A DNA stretch of 63,100 nucleotides, counting the filler, from Reclinomonas americana ATCC 50394 (taxonomy: Eukaryota): NCBI GenBank assembly GCA_048213135.1. It is 17 parts of 17 records of this genome, joined end to end, with 100 filler letters (N's around TTAATTAATTAA, not from the genome) between each part and the next. Parts side by side here need not be neighbours in the genome. Positions count along the whole stretch, not along the records: positions 17,512 to 21,638 come from AFZH01018251.1; positions 21,739 to 29,949 come from AFZH01018253.1; positions 30,050 to 35,627 come from AFZH01018255.1; 14 more parts are not named here. One strand, written 5' to 3'. Both the position numbers and the translations under genes were made by a program. Below, one piece after another: positions 18,540-30,200 of this stretch. Below the pieces are notes generated by a model. That model was not told where the DNA came from. It was given only the letters and a program-made list of their open reading frames with translations, and ran no database searches. Within the stretch, counting starts at the first letter, position 1; every line of letters begins with the position of its first letter.

Positions 18540-20640
18540 GTGAAGCAAACAAAGCGAAGCAGTGGTGGTGTCGTAGTTGGTGACGTGGTTGAAAACAGAA
18601 GAGAGCTTGTCATGTTGTTGGTGAGGCTCATATCGGTGGTGGCTGGTACCACCGGTGGTAGGCGCGGTTGTTGTTGTTGTTGTTGTCGCAGCAGTGATTT
18701 CAACACAGTGACAGCCACTGATCGGTGGCCGCACAGTGAGAAACAAGAGGACTGAGGGTTGAAGGCGACGCGTACGTTGACCACAGACACAATGTTGTCG
18801 TTGTTATCGTCGTTATGTACAGTGGTGGCGGTGGAGGGGAAGAACGTGCAAGACATGCTGGTTGCGTGAAAGCAGAGACAGTGTCAGCAGTTACTGCCGT
18901 GCAGAGGTGACGCGAACACAGGCAGCCACGTGTGCCGCCCAAATGACATGATCATGTCGGGCGACAGACGCACAGCACCTGCGCAAGGCGCTTCCTGTCG
19001 TCATCATTGCGTCGCTGGGTGGCAGCTCGCTTGTGCACCAGATCAGCCAGACTATTGGCCGTCAGTTTCGACACAATGCCACCAGTGCCAAAGACCAACG
19101 GTACGAACACTACTCGCTTGCTAGTGCGCTCCTGAACGACTTGAGCAAGGCGTAGATTCTTTTCAGCCTTCTCATCGTGAGCACGTCGCAGAGTGGACCG
19201 CGTGTCTCCGTCAGAGCACTTATCTTGCGGGAAGGTGATGGTCACGTCAGCCATGTAGATCGTGTCACCACGTTCCGCGACAATGTCAGGGCGCAGACCA
19301 GCATCAGGGTGGCCTTCGGGCAGCCACTCATCCGGTACAGTTTTGTCGACACGGACGTTGTGCATGCCATTGCGCTCCTTGTGCTTCTCCATCTCGTCAA
19401 CAACGAGTTCCAGTACAGCGTCATGTCGCTTCGTGTACAGCGTGACTGGCTCCACACCAACACATCGTCGATACGGGGCATTGGCCGGCATTTCATTACC
19501 ATTGACCGCCAGTCCGCACTCGTGAGCTGGACAGCTGTTGAGGACGTGCATGGGCGTCTCCGACAGTTGAAGACCACACAGTCGGCAGTACTTGGAGACC
19601 GCGGGCCTATACGCGTGCACTCTGGCAGCAGTCGGCAGTGTGTCGGTGCGCACCAGGATGGCCGTCTTGAGCGCCTTTGCAGACACTCCAGTCGCGCGCT
19701 TGAAGAAGTAACCACTGGCCCTCTCCTCTCCAGACACGTCGAGGCAGTGACCCGTGTACTTCTGCTTCTTCCAGCTGTCCTTGATCTTCTGTTGGTTGTT
19801 CTTTTTGATCGTCTTGAACAGCTTGGAGCTCTCTGTGATCTCCACGCGCTCGGCACCCTGGCCGACGTAATACACCACACTCGGACGTTCCACCGCGTAC
19901 TCCTGAACGCCGTCAAACGTGCACCTCAGGATGTGGTCTTCGTCCAGCAGTACGCGATCGCCGTCAGCGTCCTTGCAGCAATGAAGGGCGAAGAGAGATA
20001 CTGATAACATGCACACATCGGTCCGGGGATGAGGGTGAAGAGACACTGGTTGCACACACGAATTCGTCAATTGCAATACATGGTGCAGGGTAGACAAGCA
20101 TACCGTTCAAGGGTTGAGAGTGAAGTGACATTGTTCCCACGTAAACTGCTGATGAGGTTCAGTGGTGGATCCTGTTGCTGCGGACTGCAGATCTGCAAGC
20201 TGCACACAACCTGCATCGTCTTCAGTTCCACTGATGACAGTATCTCAATCCTCAGTGGCAGACCGAGCACGTCCGGCAGTGGGCGTTCCATTACAGCGTC
20301 GTAACAGTCATCATCATCGTCCACTGGTCGCAGCTGGCGAGTGTCGCGCATGTCGATGAACTGCTGAAGGTGGATGGCGCGGCTCTTAGGTGCGGCCTTC
20401 TCCATCATGTTGACAGAGTGGCGCATCCGCATGGCGTCGTTGTGCTGGTTGAGAGGCGTGACACCAAAGCCTTCAGGCCCGTTGCAGTTGATCATCTTGC
20501 ATTGCCGGTTGATGACCTTGTCGTAGTTCTTGGCCGTGGTATCCGTCACCATACCGCCCAGCGACTAGAACGTTGCCGAGGGCACAATGAACCGCTTGAT
20601 GGCATTGACCTTGTGGGTTGGATGCAGCATTGAGTCCACG
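18540..20640 (-). mobile_element. 5'-truncated, decayed non-LTR retrotransposon with restriction-like endonuclease (R2/NeSL/R4 group)
   Basis: RT thumb-like LHPTHKVNAIKRFIVPSATF* (in-frame TAG 20565-20567) and EGFGVTPL, then CCHC knuckle CRLCG..ETPMHVLNSC, YTKRHDAVL, RLE core LRPDIVAERGDTIYMADVTI, AHDEKAEKN and FVPLVFGTGG. The terminal IWAAH motif is frameshifted. No RT palm (YADD) is present. Confidence 0.9.
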
Positions 20641-20669
20641 AGAGCTCTCTCTCTCTCACTCAAAGAATT

Positions 20670-21638
20670 CGATTCATCAGCGTTGCTGTTCTTCTCTTCC
20701 TTCCACTCTATAATCTCACTCTTTCGTCTTTGTTGCACATTCCTACACTGGGAAGGAAGGAAGAGAAACCACAGATATGTTCGGAGTGCAATGCATCAAG
20801 TTGTCTCTCTCATTCTCAACGAAAGGGTGTGGTTTATTAACTTCTCCTTCTCCTTCTTCTTCCTACTTTTGTCTCGCGTATTCCATTCTTCATGAGTGCG
20901 CATTCCCAGTGTGCGAGAGAAGCAAGAGACAAGCTGGCTGTCGATTCCAGTGCGAACAGTCAGTGTAGTACACTGCTCGTTCCTTCGTGCTCTCTCAACG
21001 AATGAGAGCGACCCATGTGCTTGGTCCTTCCCTCTCCCTTCCCACTCTCTCATTCAACTGTTTCCCCTCTGTAAATCACCACGTCGCGAGAGAAGCAAGA
21101 GACACGCAGAGGTTGTGGTGTCGACCTGGCTGCATGCGTCACCTGCTCCAAATCTCTCTATCCCCTGACCCAGAGAGTAGATCTATCATCTTAGTTCCCA
21201 TCTACTCTCATCATACTCTTGCCTCTCGCTTGTGCATTCCCACTTTGCGAGAGGAGACGCGTACGCTGATTGTGATGATGGCTGCATCTCTCTCTCTCTC
21301 AACCAAAAAGAGAGATCCATCTTCCTCTTCCCTTCTCCACCCTTCCCTATCTCCCTGTCTTCATCTAACCACTTCCAATCTTCCTTCCCTATCTCCCTGT
21401 CTTCATCTAACCACTTCCAATCTTCCTCCCTCCCTCTCTCTCCTCTCTCTCCCTCTCCAATATCGATGATACAGTCTTCAAGAGAGATCATTTAGTATTA
21501 CATTTCTCTCAGTGATGCAAGCAATTTAGGTGCTCGCAAACGGCGAGATCTCGCAGGTGAGGCCAGAGAACGAGCCGCAGCAGTTGCCGTTGCCAAGGTG
21601 CTCAGACACGCCCGGGCACGAGGCGGTGCCAGCAGCCA
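20670..21638. repeat. Segmental duplication, copy B
   Basis: Homologous to 16480-17411. It begins right at the truncated 5' end of the retroelement. Confidence 0.92.
21526..21638 (-). CDS. 3' end of a cysteine-rich protein, copy B
   Basis: AAGTASCPGVSEHLGNGNCCGSFSGLTCEISPFAST*. Differs from copy A by YT->FS and synonymous changes. Confidence 0.65.
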
Positions 21639-21832
21639 NNNNNNNNNNNNNNNNNNNNNNNNNNNNNNNNNNNNNNNNNNNNTTAATTAATTAANNNNNN
21701 NNNNNNNNNNNNNNNNNNNNNNNNNNNNNNNNNNNNNNCCGTTTACGGTAGTAGTCGACGTTACTACGTACGTAGTAGTGTGTGTGTGTAGTGTGTGTAG
21801 AGAGAGAGACGAGAGAGACGACGACGAGTGTC

Positions 21833-21878
<46 letters not shown>

Positions 21879-22208
21879 GCTCACTCCTCACACCATCGGC
21901 TTTCCCTCAACGCTCTCCTCACTCATCATTCCTCCATCGTCTCCCTCGCAGTCTTTCCTCTCTCTTCACTCCTCATTGCTCCTCTTTGGTCCTCACTCCC
22001 TCTCCTCTCTTGCTCCCTTGTCCTGCCCTCACTCTTCATTCTCACTCCATCGCCACTCTTCTCCCTTGTCCTTCCCTCGCACTTCCTCCCTCGTCCCTCG
22101 CTCTTCTCTCTCGTCCCGCCTCGCCTTCACTCCCTCGTCCCTCCCACTCCCTTCTCTCTCCGTCACTCCCTTTCGCTCACTCTCTCACCTCCCCCATCCC
22201 TCCTTCAG

Positions 22209-24304
22209 TGGAACGCTTCGCCCGCGAGTACAACGTCATGGACTCGATGGACCAACTCCGCAAGCTGGTCATGTCGTCCTTGTATGACACCGAGTGGGTG
22301 AGCGCGCGCTGTCTCTCCCCCCTCACTCATTGCCTCATCATCACTCACGCACCACAAACAGGCCTTTGTCGCTGTCGAAGACGCCTTTCGTAATCGACAC
22401 GAATCGGTCCTTCCTTCCCCCCTCCCCTTCCTCTTTCGTCGCCTTGTCCGCTCACCACTCTTCTGCACGCAGGCCACGGTAGCTGCAGAGCACGCTGCTG
22501 CAGCTCGTCCGTACCCTCTCTCGCGATGGACGAACGGCACCACTCTCCTCGCTGCCATGTCGCCGCTGCCACCGTACTGCACGGTGGCGTGCGTCGATGT
22601 ACCACCGGCGAGAGGTGCGTGAATGGTAGACGAGTTGCAACTCTTTCCACATCCCGACTGAATCGTTGTGGCCACACAGGCAATGACCCGTGTGACTGCT
22701 CCTCGGTTGCCATTGATTTCGCCGCACGTGGTCGCCTCATCCCGCCACCGCGGGAGCAGGAGCAGGAGGTGGTCGTGAATGCGGAGCGCGTGTGGCCAGC
22801 GGCACGCTGCGAGCAGTTCGAGTCGCGCCTGTGGACCATGCTCACGGACAAGCAGACGTTGCAGGCCGTGTCTACCGCCGCTGTTGGCCGCGCAGGGACC
22901 TCGCCGCTGCCCTTCTCACCGCTGTCTGACGAGCCGGCATTGCTCAAGAAACTCGCACGGCAGCTGGAGGGCTACTCGCGTGAGCGGCCAGTGTTCTTCA
23001 CTGTGGTGCAGTGGGAGCAGACGGCGGAGGATCAGATGGCGCGCGAACATCTGTTCCTCAACTGGTGGCATCAGTTTGCTGCCGTGCATGATGCAGATGT
23101 GCGTCCGCGTGTGGTGTGCGCCACGAAATGGACGTGCCGCCGTGTGACGGAGCTGGTTGGCGAGGGCGTTGTTGACAAGATCTTGTGAGTCGGTAGACGG
23201 AGGAAGAAGTGTGGTTGTGTCTCCTTGGGTGGCTCTTTGTTCTCACCCTCGCTCTGCTGCGCTTCGTTCTCACTCTCCCGCTCCGCGCTTCGTTCTCACT
23301 CTCTCGCTTTGCGCTTCGTTCTCACTCTCTCGCTTTGCGCTTCGTTCTCACTCTCTCGCTTTGCGCTTCGTTCTCACTCTCTCGCTTTGCGCTTCGTTCT
23401 CACTCTCTCGCTTTGCGCTTCGTTCTCACTCTCTCGCTTTGCGCTTCGTTCTCACTCTCGCTGCGCGCTTCGTTCTCACTCTCTCGCTCCGCGCTTCGTT
23501 CTCACCCTCCCTCTGCCCGTCTCCACTTCCCCCTCCCTCCCTTCCCTCCCACCCATCAGATCCTCGACCTTCACCACCACCCCACCCCTGTCGCTGGCCA
23601 TTCGCTACGCCTACCTCCTGGTCCGCTCCAATCGCCGCCCATTCTACGTCAGTCTCGATAGCGTGGCGCTGAGCAGCCTGCCGGCCAACCTACTCGACGA
23701 ACCACACGTGCTGGCCGCCGATCTCGCCACGCAGACCGACTTTGCGGCCGTGGACGACGATCCAATCGCACTGCTGACCACACTGGTGTCGGTGCGTCGT
23801 TTCCGCATGCCGCACGTCGCCCCCGCGCAGTGCCACGGTGCCAGGGCCACGAATGTGTGCGCCGAGCAGCCGCGGTACCTGTGCCTCAACGCCAGCACCT
23901 GGACGTTGCGGCCGTCTGTGTACGCACTGCGTTTCCTGGTGCACGTCGCAGCCGAGGCGGCAGCGGTGGAGGGCGTGAGCGAGGCAGAGCTGGGGAACCT
24001 CTTTAATGTGCTGGCCGACCTGCATGCTCGACTCGGGCGCATGTCCATCGAGGTGCTCAATCCGATGCGCGCCAATCACGACGACGGCTTTGCGACGGCG
24101 TTGTTGGTGGGAGCGCCCGTGGACGCGCAGCGGATGGCGGTGGTGTGTGTTTTGATTGATTGTTGGGTTGGTGAGGGCGTCAGTGGGCTTATATGGTGTG
24201 CGTGATCGCAGTGGCAAGTGCGGGGAACGTCGGAGGAAAAGGTGGTGCAACTGAGAGCGCGCAAGCTATGGGTCGAGGAGGTTGATAGACCTCAACCGAG
24301 ATAG
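22209..24304 (+). CDS. Nucleotide-diphospho-sugar transferase-like (GT77/PF03407-like) glycosyltransferase, 5' end in gap
   Basis: Spliced exons give LFLNWW, PFYVSLDSVAL (DxD position), ADLATQTD, LCLNASTWTLRPSVYALRF, NLFN and the family-typical end EKVVQLRARKLW. Stop TAG 24302-24304. Confidence 0.6.
23253..23505. repeat. Intronic tandem array of 26-nt unit cgcttcgttctcactctctcgctttg (~9 copies)
   Basis: Head-to-tail copies with no spacers. Confidence 0.93.
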
Positions 24305-24655
24305 CGCGAGTACGAATATATTTTCTCAGTGTTCACACTCCCGGTGGGTTGCACGCACAGTTGCAGGAAGGGAAGTGATATCAAACACAGACGAGAGAGA
24401 CATCAGCAGAGAAAGACTGCCACTTTGGTCGCCACTGCCGCACTCCAATATCTGTGACGCCGTCACAATAAGCGTCCTCTAGTCACACACTCGTTCGTCA
24501 AGTTCGTGTCGAGGATGAAACGCCATGGTTTGCACACATACACGCGTGCCCGAATAACACAGGAGATTGAAGGAGAGGAGAGAAGCAGAGCAGATGCAGC
24601 GAAGAAAACGTGTCGAGACGAACAGGGGCCAATAGAAAGTGGTAGTAGAGTTGCC

Positions 24656-26440
24656 ATGTCCGCTGCGCTGCGTGAACCTCACCGACTCTTTTATCACCAT
24701 CGTGCAGTATTGCGCATGCTGCTCCTGGTGGTCGTCGCCGTAGCCATTGCGGCGCCACTGGCTGGAGCCCAGACAAGCGGTGTCTGGACTGTCGATGGTG
24801 CCAGTGTAGCAGACGGCCTCTACTACAGCTTCCCATTTACCTGCCCCAGCGCCACTCCCGGCAGCGCTCCCTGCGTGATTCAACTGACTGCCTCTGCATC
24901 CTCCTTTGTCACGTCACTTGAGTCGCCACCCTCAGCCAGCATGGGAGTCTTTCCCTCGCTGAACGACTACACCACTTGGTCGTCTGACACTTCTGGTTAC
25001 AACTCCGTCGTTCTGCCGACCTCCACCGACACGCTGAGCTCCACATTCACCATGCCTGCCGGAGCGACTTACTACTTGGGCGCCTATAACGACAACTGGG
25101 CGGAGGACATGCGCATCGACGCCAGCATTAGCTACTACGTGCAAGGCCAACAGGCTCCCTTCCTTGATGTTGTCGAAAACGTGTGCGTCGGCGACAGCAA
25201 TGCCTGGCGCCGTGCTCTCCCTTGCCCTCAGTTCGCGACCGCTCCCTGTGCATACTGGCCGTACCTGGAAGCGGCATCGGTCCACGGCTGGGAATCATCG
25301 CCCAACGTCAACTTCATTGTCTTCCCCTCCATGGCTGACTACAACAACTGGTTCAGCGGAGACGCGTCTTACAGCACGTTGGCGCAGTCGTATGGGTCTG
25401 CAACTACGTTTAACCCCGGCTGGATCCAAGTGGAGCCAGGCTCCTCCGCCATCCTCATGGCCTACAACGGCAACTTGGTGGAGGAGATGATTCTCGACGG
25501 CGTGGTCGAATACTATCCCAGCACAAGCAACGTTAGCGCACCGCCGCAATTCTCCTCGGTTGGCGCACCGATGGGTCTCCAGAGCCTCTCTGCCGACAGC
25601 CAGTTTGGACTTGGCTTCTTCGTTGGCATGAAAGACAACGTGCCATTTGCCCCGCCGGACGACACCTGCATCAAAGGCTTCAGCGGCCTGATCAGCTCCA
25701 TCACCACGCTCATCAACGACTTTCAAGCGGCCGGCAACTCGGTCAGCTCCACCGTGATCTCGGATCTGACGAATGTGTGGAGCGTCGCGCAGACGGCCGA
25801 GCAGCAATGCACCGAGGACTCGTGCCCCGGCTGGCTCCAGTCCGTTCTCGATGACGCTCTCGGTGCCGCCTTGGATATTGCCGAAACCTTGTGTCCCACT
25901 TGCGAGCTGCTGTCGACAGTCATTCACGGCGTCGACGCTGCATTTGACGCAGTCGACATCTTCAACGCCATGCAAGAACTCCTCTCCGCAGAGCAGAGTG
26001 GAAATTACTACCAGCAGGGCCAGGCTCTCGGTGTCATGGTGGCCAAGATCTCGGATCTGTCGAATCAGATTAGTGATCTCGGCGGCATTTCGACCAGGTC
26101 TCTGGGCGCCACCACCACCACCACCACCACCACCACCAACGGCAAGGTTCGATTCAGCAGTCGCCCTCTCGACTTGGTCCACAACGACGGCAAGGTGCGC
26201 ACGATTGAGCAGTGGCGTTCCATGTTTGGGCGCTCCGGCACGCCCGCCAGCAACCAACAACAACAGCAGCAAAAGATGAGTCCCGGTGCCATTGCCGGCG
26301 CCGTGATTGGCTCCGTCGCCGGTGCTGCCCTCATTGCGGTGGCGATTGTGTTGGTGGTGCGCCGCCGACGTCGCCAGGTCGCTTCGCTCAGCCATTCTCC
26401 GCTGAGTGATTCGCTACTGGTGGGCGAGTCTCCTGCTTGA
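24656..26440 (+). CDS. Intronless type I membrane protein of unknown function
   Basis: Uninterrupted ORF with signal peptide (MLLLVVVAVAIAAPLAGA), two internally similar beta-rich domains, a Cys-containing helical region, poly-T/poly-Q linker, TM helix GAIAGAVIGSVAGAALIAVAIVLVV, RRRRR stop-transfer and a short tail. Start may be 24656 or 24716. Confidence 0.85.
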   Translation: MSAALREPHRLFYHHRAVLRMLLLVVVAVAIAAPLAGAQTSGVWTVDGASVADGLYYSFPFTCPSATPGSAPCVIQLTASASSFVTSLESPPSASMGVFPSLNDYTTWSSDTSGYNSVVLPTSTDTLSSTFTMPAGATYYLGAYNDNWAEDMRIDASISYYVQGQQAPFLDVVENVCVGDSNAWRRALPCPQFATAPCAYWPYLEAASVHGWESSPNVNFIVFPSMADYNNWFSGDASYSTLAQSYGSATTFNPGWIQVEPGSSAILMAYNGNLVEEMILDGVVEYYPSTSNVSAPPQFSSVGAPMGLQSLSADSQFGLGFFVGMKDNVPFAPPDDTCIKGFSGLISSITTLINDFQAAGNSVSSTVISDLTNVWSVAQTAEQQCTEDSCPGWLQSVLDDALGAALDIAETLCPTCELLSTVIHGVDAAFDAVDIFNAMQELLSAEQSGNYYQQGQALGVMVAKISDLSNQISDLGGISTRSLGATTTTTTTTTNGKVRFSSRPLDLVHNDGKVRTIEQWRSMFGRSGTPASNQQQQQQKMSPGAIAGAVIGSVAGAALIAVAIVLVVRRRRRQVASLSHSPLSDSLLVGESPA

Positions 26441-26551
26441 TCTCTCTTGTTCTCGTCGGCGTGTGCCACCATGCACCGGGGTATGGATGTGGCAGCATTT
26501 GCTTCTCTCCTCATCGGAGTGGAATGAATACGAGGTTTCCCCGTGTCAGAT

Positions 26552-27262
26552 CTACCCGTCACAAAACAAACAACCTGGAGGGCCACAATGACTGCCAAAA
26601 CAAAACAGAACCTAGTTTGTATTTCAGTGTTCGCACTCGGGTTTGCGCGCGACTCTGCAAAGGGGGGGAAGTGAGGGAAAAGAGAGAGAGAGAGGGAAAG
26701 GGTGGGAGAAGAAGGGAAAGGGGAGAGAAAGAGAGAGAGAGAGAGATGAAGGGAAGGAGAAGGAAGAGACAGGAAGAGAGAGAGAGAGAGGAGGGAGACA
26801 AGGAGAAAATGAGAGAAAGGTAGACGGACACATATACAGAGAAAGCGGAACAGAGCGAGACAGAATCAGTGACCTTGTGAGCAAATGCCACAGGAGCAAA
26901 AGAATTAACGGCGACAGAGCAAACATGGAGAGGTACGGAGTCATTCTGCGGCAAGGAGAGGGCATACAGGCATAGAGGGATTGAGCGAGAGATAGAACGT
27001 GCGAAAAAGTGCGAGCAAATGACACAAGAGCACCGGACAGAGAGAAAGAAAGAGAGAAAAGAAAGAGCGACAGCGAGAGAGCGATAATAGGTTGGTGCAA
27101 CGGCAGAGTAAAGAGATGAATAGTGACTGACTGTGCCAAAGAGAGACGATCGTCCACACCCACAGATGCATAGTGCAAGGGGCGGAATCAGTGGGCAAGT
27201 GTAAGTTAAAGAGAGTAAAGAGCGTGATGGCGGGAGTGAAAAGTGACAGAAGAGCAGGAACA

Positions 27263-27293
<31 letters not shown>

Positions 27294-30200
27294 TGATTCT
27301 ACGAAAGGGTGATAGAGACTGAACAAGCGACAAACAGATAGAATATTGACTGAGAGAGTCAAGAGCCTGAGAGACATCATGACACTGCAGAGGGGGCGAC
27401 AACAAGTGAGACTTAAGAATGAGAGACAGAAGAGAGAGACAACAAGAAACAATCAATAAACGAGACACGCACTCTCTCTCCCCTCCCCCCCCCCCCCCTC
27501 CTCCTCTCCCTCCCTCTCTCCCTCCCCACCATCCTCCCCCTTCCCTGATACTCACCCACTCTCCATCACCACATCGCAATCAGGATCCGCTGCTCCACAA
27601 TTGCAATCACACCCATCATTGGCGCCGTAGAAATACGTCAAGCACGTCCACTCCACCGGCACATTGCGCAGTGAAATGTCCTCGGTGCCTGTCATTCACC
27701 AAAACGAAACGAGTGAACAACGAGACCACCACGTCTATTCTTCCGACTGTGATTCTACTCACCGACGGGAAGCGCCGCACCCAACTCATGCCGCGCCTCG
27801 ACAAGACCCTCGTGTGACCACCAGTCGGCGAGTAGCATAGTGGCCGCGTTGGCAGTGTGCGCTGCCGACACGCCGACAGGCGCCACATACACCAGGCGGT
27901 CGGTGAGCGGATTCACCAGCAGGTGGCCCTGCGTGACTGCGTAGTGGCGATTGCGCCACTTCACGCTATCCTTGGTGGCCGCGGGCGACTCGGTCAGCAC
28001 ACGGGCGCGTCGCAGAATGGCAAGAGTCGCCAAGGAGGCGCGATCGTTGGCGTCGTTTACGCGGCATGGCGAGTCGCACGTTACTGCCGCGCCGCCGTCA
28101 AAGTGGAAGCGCTGGAGGGGGAGGGAGGTAAGGAGAAGGAAGGAGAGGGGAGGGAAGGGAAGGGGGAGAGGGAAGGATAGGGAAAGTGAAGGAAAGCGAG
28201 GGGAAGAGAGTGAAGGTGGAGAGGGAAAGTGATGGAATGAGAGGAAAAGAGAGGGAAAGAGAGGGAAAGAGAGGAAAAGATAGGGAAAGAGAGGGAAATG
28301 AAAGGAAAGAGAGGGGAAGAGAGGGACAAGGGAGGGAGAAGGGAGGGAAAGAGAGTAAATGAGAGGGTAAGAGAGGGAAAGAGAGTGAATGAGAGGGCAA
28401 GAGAGTCAAGGTGGAAAGGGAAAGTGGGTGAATGCTGATCCACACATCAGCGATTTGTTTGCACACGGCTCACTTTTGCATAGCTTCTCCTTCCTTTCAC
28501 TCTCACACACTGTGTGAGTGCGTGTAATTGCCTCTCTCTCTCTCTCTTCTTTTTCGCACCCGCTGTTTCTCTTTCATCACTTCCACTCGGTTCGCTTCTC
28601 GTCCCCCATTCTCTCTTTGTGTGCGTGAGTGCACGATAACTAGGGCGCCGTTGCAGTCGATTCTCGCCCAAATTCCCTCACTTCCCTTGTATGTCTCAGC
28701 GCACGACAACATGACGCTGGTGCAGTTGTCTCTCAATCTCGCTCTCAGCTTTCGTCAGAGGTTGCGACCGCCGTTGGAGTTGCCTCTCTCTCGCGTGTCT
28801 GTCCTCTCTCATTTTTTGTGCGTGCGACTGCGCGACAAATGAAACGCTCCTACGGTCGCTTCTCTCTCCCGTCTCTCTCTCAATCGAGTGCGCGAACAAT
28901 AGTGACTCTCACTCCTCCGAGTTACCAAATAGCGATGACAAGAGAAGCAACGAACGGCGCCGAGTGAGACACACTATCAATGAATCTCTCTCACATACGC
29001 GGCGCCCAACGCGCTTCAGTCAGTGCACTTTCAAATCCAATCTCATTGTGTCCAATTCATCTCAGCCACATGCCCCCATCATCATTCTCTCCTCTCTTTC
29101 ATCCTCTCTCCCCTACGTCACTCTCGTACGCCCTCCCTCTCCCTCTTTCCCTTCTCTCTTTCCCCTCTCTTTCCCTCTGTTCCGCCTGTCTCTCTTTCTT
29201 TCTCATCCTCTCGCCCTCTCAATTCACCTCGCTATCTTTCCCTCCACCTTTCCCCTCCCTCTCTTCCCTCCCTATCTCGCACGCAACATTATCCACATAT
29301 CGGAGATGCGCGTGCACACGGCGCACGTCGGGACCATGCAGGTACTGCTCGGCCTTTAGTGTGTTCGGGAAGGCCCACAGCTGGATCTTGGTGGGCGTGT
29401 TCGGGTCGGTGTACTCGTAGAAAATGTCAATCCACGTGCCCTCTGGCTTGCCGTCGACCCAGGCACCTGCAACGGCGAAATGTGAGTGGAATGTGAGCGC
29501 AGTTAATGGTCGTCAAGCACACGCACCAGAATTGGCGTAGATGATCGGATCCTTGTGCACGCCCTTCCAGTCGGATGGTCGCTTGTACCTGCAGATACAC
29601 ATAAGTGAGGGGTGCGAGGAGATGACGGACATGCAGCATGTGCACGCAACGGTGACAGCGAATCGGCGTGCGTGTGTCCGTGTACGCAGGCGACTGCGTC
29701 GTGGCGCCGGACGAAATACTCAAAGTCGCCAATTGAGCCCTTGACCATGCCAGAAATGTCCTCGGTGGTGCGACCGTGCTGCACAAATAAGCAAGGTGAG
29801 GGCGCGGAGGGGAAAAGGTGCAGCATCACATGAGAAACCTTCAGCCAGTCACTCGGGAGCCCCTTGTAATAGTCCGATGAGTCGATGAGGGTGATGTTGC
29901 CGTTGGGGACCCAGTTGGGGTCGGCATCTGGGAGGAGGGGAAGGGGGGGNNNNNNNNNNNNNNNNNNNNNNNNNNNNNNNNNNNNNNNNNNNNTTAATTA
30001 ATTAANNNNNNNNNNNNNNNNNNNNNNNNNNNNNNNNNNNNNNNNNNNNGGGGGGGAAGGAGAAGGAAGGGGGAGGAAGGGGGGGAAGGGGGAAGGAGAA
30101 GGAAGGGGGAGGAAGGGGAGGAAGGGGGGAAGGGGAGAAGGGGAAGTGAGCAGCGATAATATACACCTTTACTTTCTTCATTCTCTTGCTCATTAATGTC

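Noticed and set aside
17512..18560. U2 snRNA, SL RNA, rRNA or tRNA target beside the RLE element
   Set aside because: No recognisable sequence of these RNAs on either strand by eye; a covariance-model search would be needed to exclude divergent ones.
23253..23505. CRISPR-like 26-nt repeat array
   Set aside because: No unique spacers and no cas genes; it lies in an intron of a eukaryotic gene.
25295..26395. 366-aa antisense ORF (and similar antisense ORFs over GC-rich exons)
   Set aside because: Shadow of high-GC3 codon usage on the sense strand; no independent motifs.
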